Source: Thermoplasmatota archaeon (GTDB lineage Archaea > Thermoplasmatota > JAKEGO01). Taken from it: a stretch of DNA of 64,000 nucleotides. The stretch's first letter is position 1; each line of letters begins with the position of its first letter. Under the pieces are notes generated by a model, which saw only the letters and a program-made list of their open reading frames with translations, made no database searches and was not told the DNA's origin. Below, piece by piece: positions 1 to 9,133 of the stretch. Location: positions 288,001 to 352,000 of the forward strand of contig JANQNK010000020.1 of NCBI GenBank assembly GCA_028279595.1, written 5' to 3'. Position numbers and translations under genes: made by a program.

Positions 1-153
1 CTCGCACTCCGGCGGCATGATGGACGAGACCTCTACAAGATTGTACCTGGCGATCCTCGCGTCCCTGAGCGCGAGCTCGAAGCTGGCGAGCTTCTCGCGG
101 TGGATGCCGACGCCCCTCGTGAAGAATACCTTGCTAGGCACTAGACCGGTCAT
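1..153 (-). CDS. pdaD: Pyruvoyl-dependent arginine decarboxylase, 5' part (runs off window)
   Basis: Manual translation [48 protein letters not shown]; the SFELAL..A.I..YNLV.VSSI.PP signature with Ser-Ser cleavage site. Not in the ORF track. Confidence 0.9.
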   Translation of the reverse strand, partial: MTGLVPSKVFFTRGVGIHREKLASFELALRDARIARYNLVEVSSIMPPECE

Positions 154-197
154 CTAGTCGGTGAGGGCGCTTGGGATATAAACGCTTTTCCGCGGGT

Positions 198-1013
198 CTA
201 TCTCGAGAACGCGGCTCCCGAGAAGTCCTCCGGGATGATTCCCTCCGTTGCGTAGATGTACAGGGCCGCGGTCAGCACTCCCTGCGCGGCATAGCTCATC
301 GAGATGACGATGACCAGGCCGCAGACGCCGATGACGATCAGGGCCATCCCTGTCAGGAACATACCGGCATAGAACATCAGATAGAACCCGAGGAATATCG
401 GGATGATGAACAGGATCGAGAAGAGCAGGAAGATGAGTCCGAGAACGAATCCCGAGACCATCGTCTCTCCCCAGGTCTTCTTGAAGAGGCTTCCGCTCCT
501 CTTGATCGAGTCGATCATCGGCCTGTCCTCGTAGATCAGCACAGGGATGACGAAGAACGTCAGCAGGCTCCAGGCGGCCTCCGCGATCATGCCGAATATC
601 GATCCGAGGAAGCCCAGCTCGCGTTCCAGGTAGTTCCTCAGTACTCTAAGCAGCAGCCCGACGGTCGCCGAGATCAGTGCCCACTTGACGATCTTCCCCA
701 GTCTGCTGTTCGCCATGCGGATGCCGTCCTTTATGGTAGGATCGCCACCCCTCAGCCTGATCGTGGCAATTGCGATGATGGCCACGTTGAAATACACGGC
801 AATGAACGCAAGCACGAAGTACATCACGAAGTAGAGTGCATAGGCTCCGTTCGACTCGGCCAGGCCGAAGAACGAAAGTGGAAGTATCACGGACAGGATC
901 AGAAGCACCATCACCGTTGCCGAGATTATCGGGAGCAGCAGCAGCTCCTTGTCCTTCCTAATGACACCGATGCTCATCTTCGTGAGTCGCCATGAGTCTC
1001 CAAATGTCCCCAT
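198..1013 (-). CDS. Multi-pass membrane protein (DUF6159-like)
   Basis: MGTFGDSWRLTK...DKELLLLP, TFFVIPVLIYE, SGSLFKKTWGE; start trimmed to ATG 1013. Confidence 0.7.
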   Translation of the reverse strand: MGTFGDSWRLTKMSIGVIRKDKELLLLPIISATVMVLLILSVILPLSFFGLAESNGAYALYFVMYFVLAFIAVYFNVAIIAIATIRLRGGDPTIKDGIRMANSRLGKIVKWALISATVGLLLRVLRNYLERELGFLGSIFGMIAEAAWSLLTFFVIPVLIYEDRPMIDSIKRSGSLFKKTWGETMVSGFVLGLIFLLFSILFIIPIFLGFYLMFYAGMFLTGMALIVIGVCGLVIVISMSYAAQGVLTAALYIYATEGIIPEDFSGAAFSR

Positions 1014-1175
1014 AGGTATTACACCTCGGAAATCGGATTCCATATCATGTAGATAACACTGTCGCCGATACCTTCGATGCAACGCTGTCAATATGTCGAT
1101 TTCAAACGTAAAATCATGACATTTAATGATATATAATGACAATATATTTATATCTCATTATAATAAGCCGGTACC

Positions 1176-1403
1176 ATGAACCCTGACAGCGAGAAGAAGT
1201 ACACCACGATATCCATCCCGACCCCCCTCGCCAACAAGGTGAAGGAGAGGATACAGGGTACCGGTTTCAGCTCGGTGTCCAGCTACACGACCTACGTCCT
1301 GAGGCAGATCATCTCCTCGGACGAGGCGAAGGACGAGGCGTTCTCCAAGGAGGACGAGGAGCGCATCAAGGAGCGTCTCCGGAGCCTGGGATACATCGAT
1401 TGA
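1176..1403 (+). CDS. CopG/ribbon-helix-helix regulator with C-terminal ERLRSLGY tail
   Basis: YTTISIP..L..KV....GTGFSSVSSY..YVLR; first gene of the sat operon; AT-rich promoter at ~1142-1165. Confidence 0.8.
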   Translation: MNPDSEKKYTTISIPTPLANKVKERIQGTGFSSVSSYTTYVLRQIISSDEAKDEAFSKEDEERIKERLRSLGYID

Positions 1404-1432
1404 GCGTGACGATCCAGAATTGAGGTGAACAC

Positions 1433-2554
1433 ATGATCACACCACACGGAGGAAAACTGATAGACAGGACTGCGTCGGAAAGCGAGCGCGAGGCGATCCT
1501 AGCGGAGGACCTGCGCACCATCGAGATCGCATCCGGCAAGGCGGCAGAGGTGCAGAACATCGCGACCGGCGTCTACAGCCCCCTCGAGGGCTTCATGACC
1601 GAGTCCGAACTCGTGTCGGTCATCGACACGATGAGGCTCCCGAGCGGACCGGCGTGGACCATCCCGATCATCCTCGACATCTCCGAGGACATCGAGGTCG
1701 GCGAGCGCATCATGCTCAACCACAACGGGAAGCCGATGGCGATGATGGAGGTCGATGAGATCTTCACATATGACCTGAATGAGATCGCACAGAAGGTCTT
1801 CGGTACCAATGACAAGGAACATCCCGGCGTCGCCAAGGTCCATGCCATGACCGGCAAGTTCGCCGCCGGCCAGATCACCCTCGTGAACGAGTACGAGGTC
1901 CCCTTCGGCGAGATGTACCTCAAACCCGAGGAGACCCGCGTCCTGTTCCAGGAGAAGGGCTGGGACCGTGTCGTCGCGTTCCAGACCAGGAACCCTCCGC
2001 ACGTCGGTCACGAGTACGTCCAGAAGGCCGCACTGACCTTCACGGATGGATTGCTCATCAATCCGGTCATCGGAAAGAAGAAGACCGGCGACTTCAAGGA
2101 CGGCGTCATACTGGACTCGTACAAGGCCCTCATCAAGGACTACTATCCGGAGGACCGCGTAGTGCTCTCTACGCTTCTGATAGACATGTGGTACGGCGGA
2201 CCTCGAGAGGCCATACTCCACGCGATCATGAGGAAGAACCTCGGCTGTACCCACATCATCATCGGCCGCGACCATGCTGGCGTAGGCAAGTACTACGGGC
2301 CCTTCGACGCCCATGAGATATTCAAGGACTTCCCGGACCTCGAGATCGAGCCGTTCACCTTCAGGTCGTTCGCGTACTGCCCGAAGTGCGGTTCGCCTGT
2401 CAACGACAAGATCTGTCCCCACGAGGACCTGGTGATGTTCTCGGGGACCATGGTCAGGGCCATCGTCAACGAGGGCAAGATCCCCAGCAAGGAGCTCATG
2501 AGGCCCGAGGTGGCCGAGGTCATTGCTGCCCAGGACAGGCCCTTCGTGGAGTGA
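1433..2554 (+). CDS. sat: Sulfate adenylyltransferase (ATP sulfurylase)
   Basis: PHGGKL, YSPLEGFM, FQTRNPPHVGHE, GPREAILHAIMRKNLGCTH, GRDHAGVG. Confidence 0.97.
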   Translation: MITPHGGKLIDRTASESEREAILAEDLRTIEIASGKAAEVQNIATGVYSPLEGFMTESELVSVIDTMRLPSGPAWTIPIILDISEDIEVGERIMLNHNGKPMAMMEVDEIFTYDLNEIAQKVFGTNDKEHPGVAKVHAMTGKFAAGQITLVNEYEVPFGEMYLKPEETRVLFQEKGWDRVVAFQTRNPPHVGHEYVQKAALTFTDGLLINPVIGKKKTGDFKDGVILDSYKALIKDYYPEDRVVLSTLLIDMWYGGPREAILHAIMRKNLGCTHIIIGRDHAGVGKYYGPFDAHEIFKDFPDLEIEPFTFRSFAYCPKCGSPVNDKICPHEDLVMFSGTMVRAIVNEGKIPSKELMRPEVAEVIAAQDRPFVE

Positions 2555-2558
2555 GACC

Positions 2559-3575
2559 ATGGACTGGCCGAAGCTCGATGAATTGCTGGAAGGCGATTCT
2601 CACGGGCTGATCATACATCACTGGGACGCCGACGGGATATCGACTGCCGCGATGCTCCAGATGTACCTGGAGCGGCGGGGGAAGACGATCGAGCTCTTCT
2701 CTCCGGTGATAGGTAACTTCTTCCTGTCCGAGCCGGACAGGCAGGCGATAATGGGCGAGTACGACTTCGTCATGGTCTGCGACATCGCGCTCCCCGCGCC
2801 CGACATCGGATGGGTGGCCGAACGGTGGAAGACCATCCACATCGACCACCACCTGCTGAGGCACGACTTCCTGACGCAGATCAATCCCGTCGTGAACGAC
2901 GTGGACCCGGGCGAGTTCCCCTCGGCATCGTGGGTGACCACGGCCTTCCTCGGAATGCCCTTCAGCCTGCTCTCCATCTACGGCGTCATCGGCGATGTCG
3001 GGAAGAGGGTCGAGGGCATGCCCGTCTGGGAGGACGTGAAGAAGGTCATGGACCTCTACCACCTCGAGTTCGACGACGTCCAGGAGATCGTGGATCTGCT
3101 CGACTCATCGTACAAGGTCGGGGACAGGGACGGCGTCGTGAACGCCGTCGCGAAGCTCCGAAACACCTACGAGGACCCCGAGGCCATCCTCCACGACAAG
3201 GCCTGGCACGCGAACCTCGATTCCATCGACAAGGAGATGGAGCGTCTCCTGTCGCTTCCGAACGAGGAGGTCTACGGGATCACCGTGAAGGAGATCGAGA
3301 CCAAGTTCAACCTGATCAGCGCCCTCGGACGCGACATGGCCGCAACCCACGGAGCGGCCTTCGTGATAAACCGCGGATACTTCGAGGACAGGGACCAGCT
3401 CTACCTCAGGAGGACCGACGGGATCACGGTCGGCGACATCATCGACGCCGCCAGGGACCGCGGGTACTCCGCTGGAGGAAAGAACGAGGTCGTCGGCATG
3501 GTAGTGCCGAAGGAAGATACCGAGAGCGCCATCGGACTGGTCTACAAGCTCTCGGAGGGGAAGACGCCCCAGTAA
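2559..3575 (+). CDS. DHH-family phosphoesterase, probable PAP phosphatase
   Basis: HHWDADG, CD, IDHH and C-terminal AGG motifs; lies between sat and cysC. Confidence 0.8.
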   Translation: MDWPKLDELLEGDSHGLIIHHWDADGISTAAMLQMYLERRGKTIELFSPVIGNFFLSEPDRQAIMGEYDFVMVCDIALPAPDIGWVAERWKTIHIDHHLLRHDFLTQINPVVNDVDPGEFPSASWVTTAFLGMPFSLLSIYGVIGDVGKRVEGMPVWEDVKKVMDLYHLEFDDVQEIVDLLDSSYKVGDRDGVVNAVAKLRNTYEDPEAILHDKAWHANLDSIDKEMERLLSLPNEEVYGITVKEIETKFNLISALGRDMAATHGAAFVINRGYFEDRDQLYLRRTDGITVGDIIDAARDRGYSAGGKNEVVGMVVPKEDTESAIGLVYKLSEGKTPQ

Positions 3576-3639
3576 CGAGCATCGAATGAAAGACAATGAT
3601 GGATATGGATGAGAACAAGGAAAGTACGGAGGAATTGAA

Positions 3640-4170
3640 ATGAAAGGATTCACACTCTGGTTCACCGGACTGCCCTCCTCGGGCAAGTCCGCGCTGGCAG
3701 ACGATCTGGCCCCGAAGCTCCGGGACATGGGCATCAAGGTCGAGCGCCTCGACGGAGACATCGTCAGGAAGACGCTCACGAAGGACCTGGGATTCAGCAA
3801 GGAGGACAGGCGGACGAACCTCGAGCGCGTGACATTCGTCGCGACGCTACTCGCAAGGAACGACGTCGCCGTCCTGGCGGCATTCGTCTCGCCATACAAC
3901 GACATCCGCCACTGGATACGCGAGCAGCACGAGGACGGCCAGTTCGTCCTGGTCTTCGTGAACACCCCTGTCGAGACGTGCATCGAGCGCGACCCGAGGG
4001 GCAACTACAAGAAGGCTCTCGCCGGCGAGATCAAGAGCTTCACGGGCATCGACGACCCGTTCGAGGACCCCGACGACGCCGACATCGTGATCGAGACCGT
4101 CGGACGCTCCATCGAGGAGACCAACGACGAGATCCTCGCGAAGCTCAAAGAGTTGGGCTACATCGAGTAG
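3640..4170 (+). CDS. cysC: Adenylyl-sulfate kinase
   Basis: WFTGLPSSGKS, LDGDIVR, LGFSKEDR, RDPRGNY, FTGIDDPFE. Confidence 0.97.
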   Translation: MKGFTLWFTGLPSSGKSALADDLAPKLRDMGIKVERLDGDIVRKTLTKDLGFSKEDRRTNLERVTFVATLLARNDVAVLAAFVSPYNDIRHWIREQHEDGQFVLVFVNTPVETCIERDPRGNYKKALAGEIKSFTGIDDPFEDPDDADIVIETVGRSIEETNDEILAKLKELGYIE

Positions 4171-4183
4171 GCGTCCAGAACTA

Positions 4184-4215
4184 GGGGCTCATTTAGAGCC
4201 CCGCGTTTTCTTTTT
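4184..4215 (+). terminator. Hairpin plus T-tract after cysC
   Basis: GGGGCTC-ATTTA-GAGCCCC followed by GCGTTTTCTTTTT. Confidence 0.65.
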
Positions 4216-4223
4216 CGATAGTT
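4197..4223 (+). repeat. 27-bp direct repeat, copy 1 (upstream of pilin-like gene 1)
   Basis: Near-identical to 4825-4851, and at the same distance from the next ATG. Confidence 0.75.
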
Positions 4224-4251
4224 TTTTCCACTCAGTATTGGATACTGAGCT

Positions 4252-4743
4252 ATGGAACCAAAGAGGAAAGCCATCTTCAAAGACATCCCTCGATATCAGA
4301 TCGCTCTTCTGGTCATCGTACTGATGGCTGGCGCATTGGTCGCTGGTATCTGGATCATATCTCCTCCTGGGGTGGATGATCAGAAGTATCAACCGGTAGC
4401 GACTGTCACCTCCACTTGGACATCCGATGGCAATATAACTGTCAATATATCCCATATCTCTTCTCGTATCAGGTTATCTGAGTTCAAGTTCATCATATTG
4501 GATCTAAATCGAATACCAGTCGAGGAAGGCGGTCTGTATGACAAGGTCAACGGTACATACAGATCCCAAAATCTGATCTTTCATGATAATGACCTCGATA
4601 AGCGGTTATCAATCAACGATACCCTGACCCTTGTCTCAGTTGATAATGGAGGAATTGTGGAACAGGGCTACATATTACGTATATGGCGTATCGATGCTTC
4701 CCCATCCACGATGGCGGCCGTTGAGATCCAAGCGAAGAAATGA
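4252..4743 (+). CDS. Pilin-like single-pass protein, paralog 1
   Basis: N-terminal TM, PVATVT, DNDLDKRLSINDT, NGG motifs shared with neighbours. Confidence 0.7.
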   Translation: MEPKRKAIFKDIPRYQIALLVIVLMAGALVAGIWIISPPGVDDQKYQPVATVTSTWTSDGNITVNISHISSRIRLSEFKFIILDLNRIPVEEGGLYDKVNGTYRSQNLIFHDNDLDKRLSINDTLTLVSVDNGGIVEQGYILRIWRIDASPSTMAAVEIQAKK

Positions 4744-4824
4744 TGAATCGATCAATTCAATCGAGATTCGCCGCGACGAATCTTAAGGGGATGATTTACT
4801 GTATGTGCAATCGGCCTCCATGAC

Positions 4825-4851
4825 AGCCCCGCGTTCTCTTTTTCGATAGTT
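4825..4851 (+). repeat. 27-bp direct repeat, copy 2 (upstream of pilin-like gene 2)
   Basis: AGCCCCGCGTTCTCTTTTTCGATAGTT. Confidence 0.75.
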
Positions 4852-4879
4852 ATTTCACACCTGTGGCAGTTACACGATC

Positions 4880-5353
4880 ATGGGTGATCCAAAATCCAAT
4901 CGACCTCCTTTCAGGGTCAATCCCGTCTTCGCCGTGATCATCATGGTCGCCATAACGATGGTATTGGCAGCCACACTGTACGTGTGGGCTGAGTCTGGTT
5001 GTGATGGTCCCTATGCACCCGTCGCTGCGGTGACCATTGACAACAGCACCGGCAATTATACGGTCCGGATCTTAGATATCGACCCGGAGCCAGATATCGA
5101 GGATGTTGGATACGTCCTGCTGAACACGAACTGGATCTCAAGAGAAAGCGGTGACGTCTTGGATATAGTCAATGGCAACCTTAGTTCAAATACGGTCATC
5201 TATTTCGATAACGACAACAATAGCAAGTTGAGCATTAACGATACCTTCTTCATCCTGTCATATGAGAATGGCGGCCTCGCCAAGGAGGAATTCACATTCA
5301 GGTTGATCCACCATCCGACCGACGGAGCGATGGTTTCGGTCGAACTTCCCTGA
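4880..5353 (+). CDS. Archaeal type IV pilin-like protein, paralog 2
   Basis: VNPVFAVIIMVAITMVLAATLYVW resembles the archaeal pilin N-terminal helix; DNDNNSKLSINDT. Confidence 0.75.
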   Translation: MGDPKSNRPPFRVNPVFAVIIMVAITMVLAATLYVWAESGCDGPYAPVAAVTIDNSTGNYTVRILDIDPEPDIEDVGYVLLNTNWISRESGDVLDIVNGNLSSNTVIYFDNDNNSKLSINDTFFILSYENGGLAKEEFTFRLIHHPTDGAMVSVELP

Positions 5354-5384
5354 AAATATGCTTTAATACTGTCGATCCCATTTC

Positions 5385-5867
5385 ATGGGTGCTATGCGCC
5401 CTCCGAGGAGGAATAACACCACATTGGTGATCGTTGCTGTAATAATCGTTGTCGCTATCACCGTCGTAATTGCTTCCGTATCATACCTTTGGGCCACGGA
5501 TATGTGTGGCGACCATGGCAGGAACACTCCCGTGGCCACGATCACGGTCAGCAAGGATCCAGGAGGCAACTACACCCTGCTCATCTCCTCGATCGAACCA
5601 GCGGCCGATCTCGATGAGGTCAAGTACCAGCTATTGAACCCGAACCGAGTCCCGGTCGAGCAGGGAGATATGGACGAGATCGTGAATGCAACGCTCAATA
5701 CCACAACAATAATCTTCCTCGACAACAACAACGATTCGCGGATGGGAACGGGCGATGAGATATTCCTCCTGTCGGAGGAGAACGGGGGTCTGGCCAGAGA
5801 GGGATACATCTTCCGCATCATATTCGATCCGACCCACAAGTCGATCGCTTCTGTCGAATTGACGTGA
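5385..5867 (+). CDS. Pilin-like protein, paralog 3
   Basis: VAITVVIASVSYLW, PVATIT, DNNNDSRMGTGDE, ENGGLAREGY. Confidence 0.72.
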   Translation: MGAMRPPRRNNTTLVIVAVIIVVAITVVIASVSYLWATDMCGDHGRNTPVATITVSKDPGGNYTLLISSIEPAADLDEVKYQLLNPNRVPVEQGDMDEIVNATLNTTTIIFLDNNNDSRMGTGDEIFLLSEENGGLAREGYIFRIIFDPTHKSIASVELT

Positions 5868-7442
5868 TCAGGAGAAGGTTATCGTCGAATACGATTTGTC
5901 ATAACGCTGGTCCCTCAACACGAGGGTGAAGTCGCTGTCTGCCGCTCCTCCTTCGGCGGCGGACCTGACCCATATCTTGTCCCCCGTTGTCATTCGCCCG
6001 TTCAAATCCATATCCTCGAATACGATGAATAGTGTATGGTTTATGCTCCTTGGTGGCATTCCGACAGGGTCCCGGGAATAGAAGACGGGTGGGTGTTCAT
6101 TATCAGCTGAATTGTATGAATGTAATGTGAAATTGATATCAATGAGGTCCCCCTCGAGGTCGATCCTGCGGTGGTCGGGATCCAGCAATGAGACGTTCTT
6201 TCCCAACCCGTCGTAGAGGGTGTATTCGATCTCGTCCATGCTGTGACCGGATGCGTTCAATAGATCGACACGATATGACCCATTTACTATCGTTACGTTG
6301 TAATCGATCTCGAAATTGGTCCTGATCATCGGTGTGCGGATCAGGGTCTGGTCCCAGTTCCGGATGCCAAGTCTGATGCCATCCCATTCATCGACAGCTC
6401 CTCCGTTAACGGAACCTCTGACCCAGAGGGTATCCCCGGAAGTGACCAGCCCGTCCGAGTCCGAATCGAAGTAGACAGTTGCGAATGTGTGGTTGATCGA
6501 TATTGGTGGTCCTCCCGCTGGTTCCCTCGAATAGAATATCCCCCTATAGGTCGTGTTGATCTTAGTATGGTTCTGGTGGGAGATGGCACTAGAAAAATCT
6601 TCGTGTGTATAAACGATATCCTCAAGACTTCCCAACATGGTAATGATCTCGCCAGATGGATCCTCCCACCTATTCTGCATGAAGTTGTATGTCAACAATT
6701 GATATGAGACATCATCGATCGGCCAGGGCTCACAGTCGACGATCTTGATCCTGTAATCCCCCTGGTTCTCATAGATACTGACGTCGATCGGTACGACAGC
6801 CCTCTTGAACGTGATCTCCACCACATCGTCGTTCCTGTGTGGGTCATAGAGCTTGAGCTTGCACCCGGCGTACACCCCGCCCCCGATCGCGTCAGACCTG
6901 ATTTCAATGTGATCCCCTTCAGTCAGTTTCCTGTCCCTAACGTACCAGACCTTGCCATTCGGATATTCATTCCGGATAGGCATGTCATAATAGACGAGGA
7001 ACAGTGTAAGGTTGTTCTTCGCATCAGGATAATCCGCATAGAATCGTGACCAGTGGTCCTGTGGTGGGGTCGGATGGGCGTCTGGCCATTCCTGTTGGTT
7101 ACGTGCTTCCGATGACTTGTTCTCATCATACCAGATGTCCCAGAGGGTCCCTTCCAAGGCGATGAAATTGCCATCAGGGTCGGTCACGAATACGACGGCG
7201 CCCTCCGGGTCGACCACCTTGAACCTGATGTTCTGGAGATACTTGCCATCGGCCTCTACCACCTCGATCCGATAGATGCCATCCATCGGAGTGTTCACTG
7301 CATATCTGAATCTGCTATCGTCGATGGTTCCCATGTACCAGAAATAACCTGCTCCCGTCGTCAATATGAACGCTGCCATGAAGATGACTACGAACTGCTC
7401 GTGGTTGAGCTTCATCCTGCGCATCTTGACACCCTGCCGCAT
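5868..7442 (-). CDS. Membrane-anchored protein with three tandem pilin-like globular domains
   Basis: Three repeats with G.YR(I/V), L.G.L.DI, (D.D.DG)..T.GD..(W)(V/I)R....GG. Confidence 0.7.
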   Translation of the reverse strand: MRQGVKMRRMKLNHEQFVVIFMAAFILTTGAGYFWYMGTIDDSRFRYAVNTPMDGIYRIEVVEADGKYLQNIRFKVVDPEGAVVFVTDPDGNFIALEGTLWDIWYDENKSSEARNQQEWPDAHPTPPQDHWSRFYADYPDAKNNLTLFLVYYDMPIRNEYPNGKVWYVRDRKLTEGDHIEIRSDAIGGGVYAGCKLKLYDPHRNDDVVEITFKRAVVPIDVSIYENQGDYRIKIVDCEPWPIDDVSYQLLTYNFMQNRWEDPSGEIITMLGSLEDIVYTHEDFSSAISHQNHTKINTTYRGIFYSREPAGGPPISINHTFATVYFDSDSDGLVTSGDTLWVRGSVNGGAVDEWDGIRLGIRNWDQTLIRTPMIRTNFEIDYNVTIVNGSYRVDLLNASGHSMDEIEYTLYDGLGKNVSLLDPDHRRIDLEGDLIDINFTLHSYNSADNEHPPVFYSRDPVGMPPRSINHTLFIVFEDMDLNGRMTTGDKIWVRSAAEGGAADSDFTLVLRDQRYDKSYSTITFS

Positions 7443-7547
7443 TTACTACCACCTTACGAGTTAAAAGCATTGCCATGGCTAATTTCGTAGAAAGAGATAT
7501 CAAATGGCAGTCTTCTCCCGATGTGAGGAGGCCGTCACACGGAAGCA

Positions 7548-8021
7548 TTGACGATCAAGCCGATAAGGGAAGAGGACCGCGAGTTCGTGCGGATAATCTT
7601 CAACGAGTACTGGGGGTCGACCCAGATGATCACGCAAGGGAAGGTCCTGAACTGCGATGAACTCCCGGGTTTCATCGCATGGGACGAGATGAAGCCCATC
7701 GGGGTCATCACCTATCTTATCGTGGACGGCGTGTGCGAGCTGACCTCTCTGAATAGCATCGTCGAGGGAAGGGGGGTCGCCACGGCACTCATCGAGGAGG
7801 TAAAGGAGACCGCCCTTAAGGAGAAATGCTCACGGATCTCTGTCGAGACCTCCAATGATAACCTCATGGCCCTCAATTTCTACCTGAAGCGCGGCTTCCG
7901 GCTCATCGATGTACATCTGGATGCGATCACTGAAGCGCGAAAGATAAAACCGCAGATCCCGAAGGTCGGCGGACACGGGATAGTCCTCAGGGACGCCATC
8001 GAGTTCGAATTGACCCTCTAA
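7548..8021 (+). CDS. GNAT N-acetyltransferase
   Basis: EGRGVATAL, TSNDNLMALNFYLKRGF. Confidence 0.9.
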   Translation: MTIKPIREEDREFVRIIFNEYWGSTQMITQGKVLNCDELPGFIAWDEMKPIGVITYLIVDGVCELTSLNSIVEGRGVATALIEEVKETALKEKCSRISVETSNDNLMALNFYLKRGFRLIDVHLDAITEARKIKPQIPKVGGHGIVLRDAIEFELTL

Positions 8022-8398
8022 TCGTCCTCGACATCAGCGTCGATGATCCTGCCCTCGGGTCCGGCCGGGGAATCCTGCTTCTCCTCATCCTTTCCCGGGA
8101 CCTTGCCACCCTTGGTCCTGATTATCGGAGGGCCGTCCTGTCTCTGTCTGCCAGCTTTCCTGTAGTAGGCCCGCTGCGCGCGTCTCTGGGCCTGGGCCTG
8201 CGCCTGCCACTGTTGAGCTCGTCTCCTTCCAAGCCAGAACAGGAAGAGCAATAGGCCGAGAAGGACCAGAGCACCCAGACAGCAGAGTGTGAGGACGAAG
8301 ATGAAGACCCCGGAGAATATCATCAGCGCTATCACGATGACGATGAGTATCAGGAAAGGGATCCCTTCGATCTTGAACCTGCCCTTCATTTCGGTCAC
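8018..8398 (-). CDS. Small membrane protein
   Basis: Two hydrophobic helices, charged tail ending IIDADVEDD. Confidence 0.6.
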   Translation of the reverse strand: MTEMKGRFKIEGIPFLILIVIVIALMIFSGVFIFVLTLCCLGALVLLGLLLFLFWLGRRRAQQWQAQAQAQRRAQRAYYRKAGRQRQDGPPIIRTKGGKVPGKDEEKQDSPAGPEGRIIDADVEDD

Positions 8399-8489
8399 AT
8401 CCGGAGCGATGACGACCTAGGCTGTATCTCGGTGTCGTCACTGCCCTCAAGATGGGACTGCGCCGATATTACTTGAAATTTCCCCCGGC

Positions 8490-8774
8490 TCAGAAGATGC
8501 TGTGGTGGATGGTCCTCATGACCATTCGGCCCTTCGGGGTGCAGATGTACGGCAGGATGAAGGGAGCGAGCATTCCGCCACCTCCATCGCCGCTCTGAGC
8601 GATCAGACCCATGTTCTCGAGCCTGCAAAGCTCGCAGGCGAGGTCCTCTCGCTCAAGTCCCGTTATTGTCTCGAGGTATGGCATGAAGATGTCGCCGCTC
8701 GGGTGGTTGCACAGTGTCTCGACGATGCGGCGCTGGGCCTCGCTCTCGAAGAAAAGTCCCGAGCCCTCAGACAC
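8490..8774 (-). CDS. Winged-helix protein, hypothetical
   Basis: LETITGLE..L..EL.RLE.MGLI...TPKGR; probable GTG start at 8774 after GGGGAG. Confidence 0.55.
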   Translation of the reverse strand: MSEGSGLFFESEAQRRIVETLCNHPSGDIFMPYLETITGLEREDLACELCRLENMGLIAQSGDGGGGMLAPFILPYICTPKGRMVMRTIHHSIF

Positions 8775-8919
8775 GGTCCGACTCCCCTTTCCACCTGGAC
8801 ACATCTGCGCACGACGGGATGTCCGGTGTGTGCATGCAGGCGATCAATATCGACCTCTGTATCACCGGGTGCTCCTGTAGTTCCGCCAACAGGGGGGTCA
8901 CCATGTTTTCCATCTCCAT
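8767..8919 (-). CDS. Possible 50-aa ORF coupled to the wHTH gene
   Basis: MEMENMVTPLLAELQEHPVIQRS...; its stop overlaps the next start (GTGTCTGA). Confidence 0.3.
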   Translation of the reverse strand: MEMENMVTPLLAELQEHPVIQRSILIACMHTPDIPSCADVSRWKGESDRV

Positions 8920-9133
8920 TATCGGATTTCCACGAACACATATAAAGGAAATCTGGTGATAACCTGGGACCCATGGGTGGCCACCGTACTCCCTGCGGTT
9001 TCACCTTCGAGCGACCCGTCTCCGAGCAGGATCCCTTGTGTAGATCCTCGCACAACCACTGTAACGGAACAAACCTTATATTCTGTGACAATCTCACCGC
9101 ATTCAAGCGAGGAATGTTACGGGGGTCTCCGTG

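Noticed and set aside
171-2560. Long overlapping ORFs such as 171..995 and 1499..2560 (also 27712..28728 and 53750..55012)
   Set aside because: Shadow frames of GC-rich genes with biased composition and no motifs.
1433-4170. Dissimilatory sulfate reduction
   Set aside because: sat is paired with cysC; no aprAB, qmo or dsr in the window.
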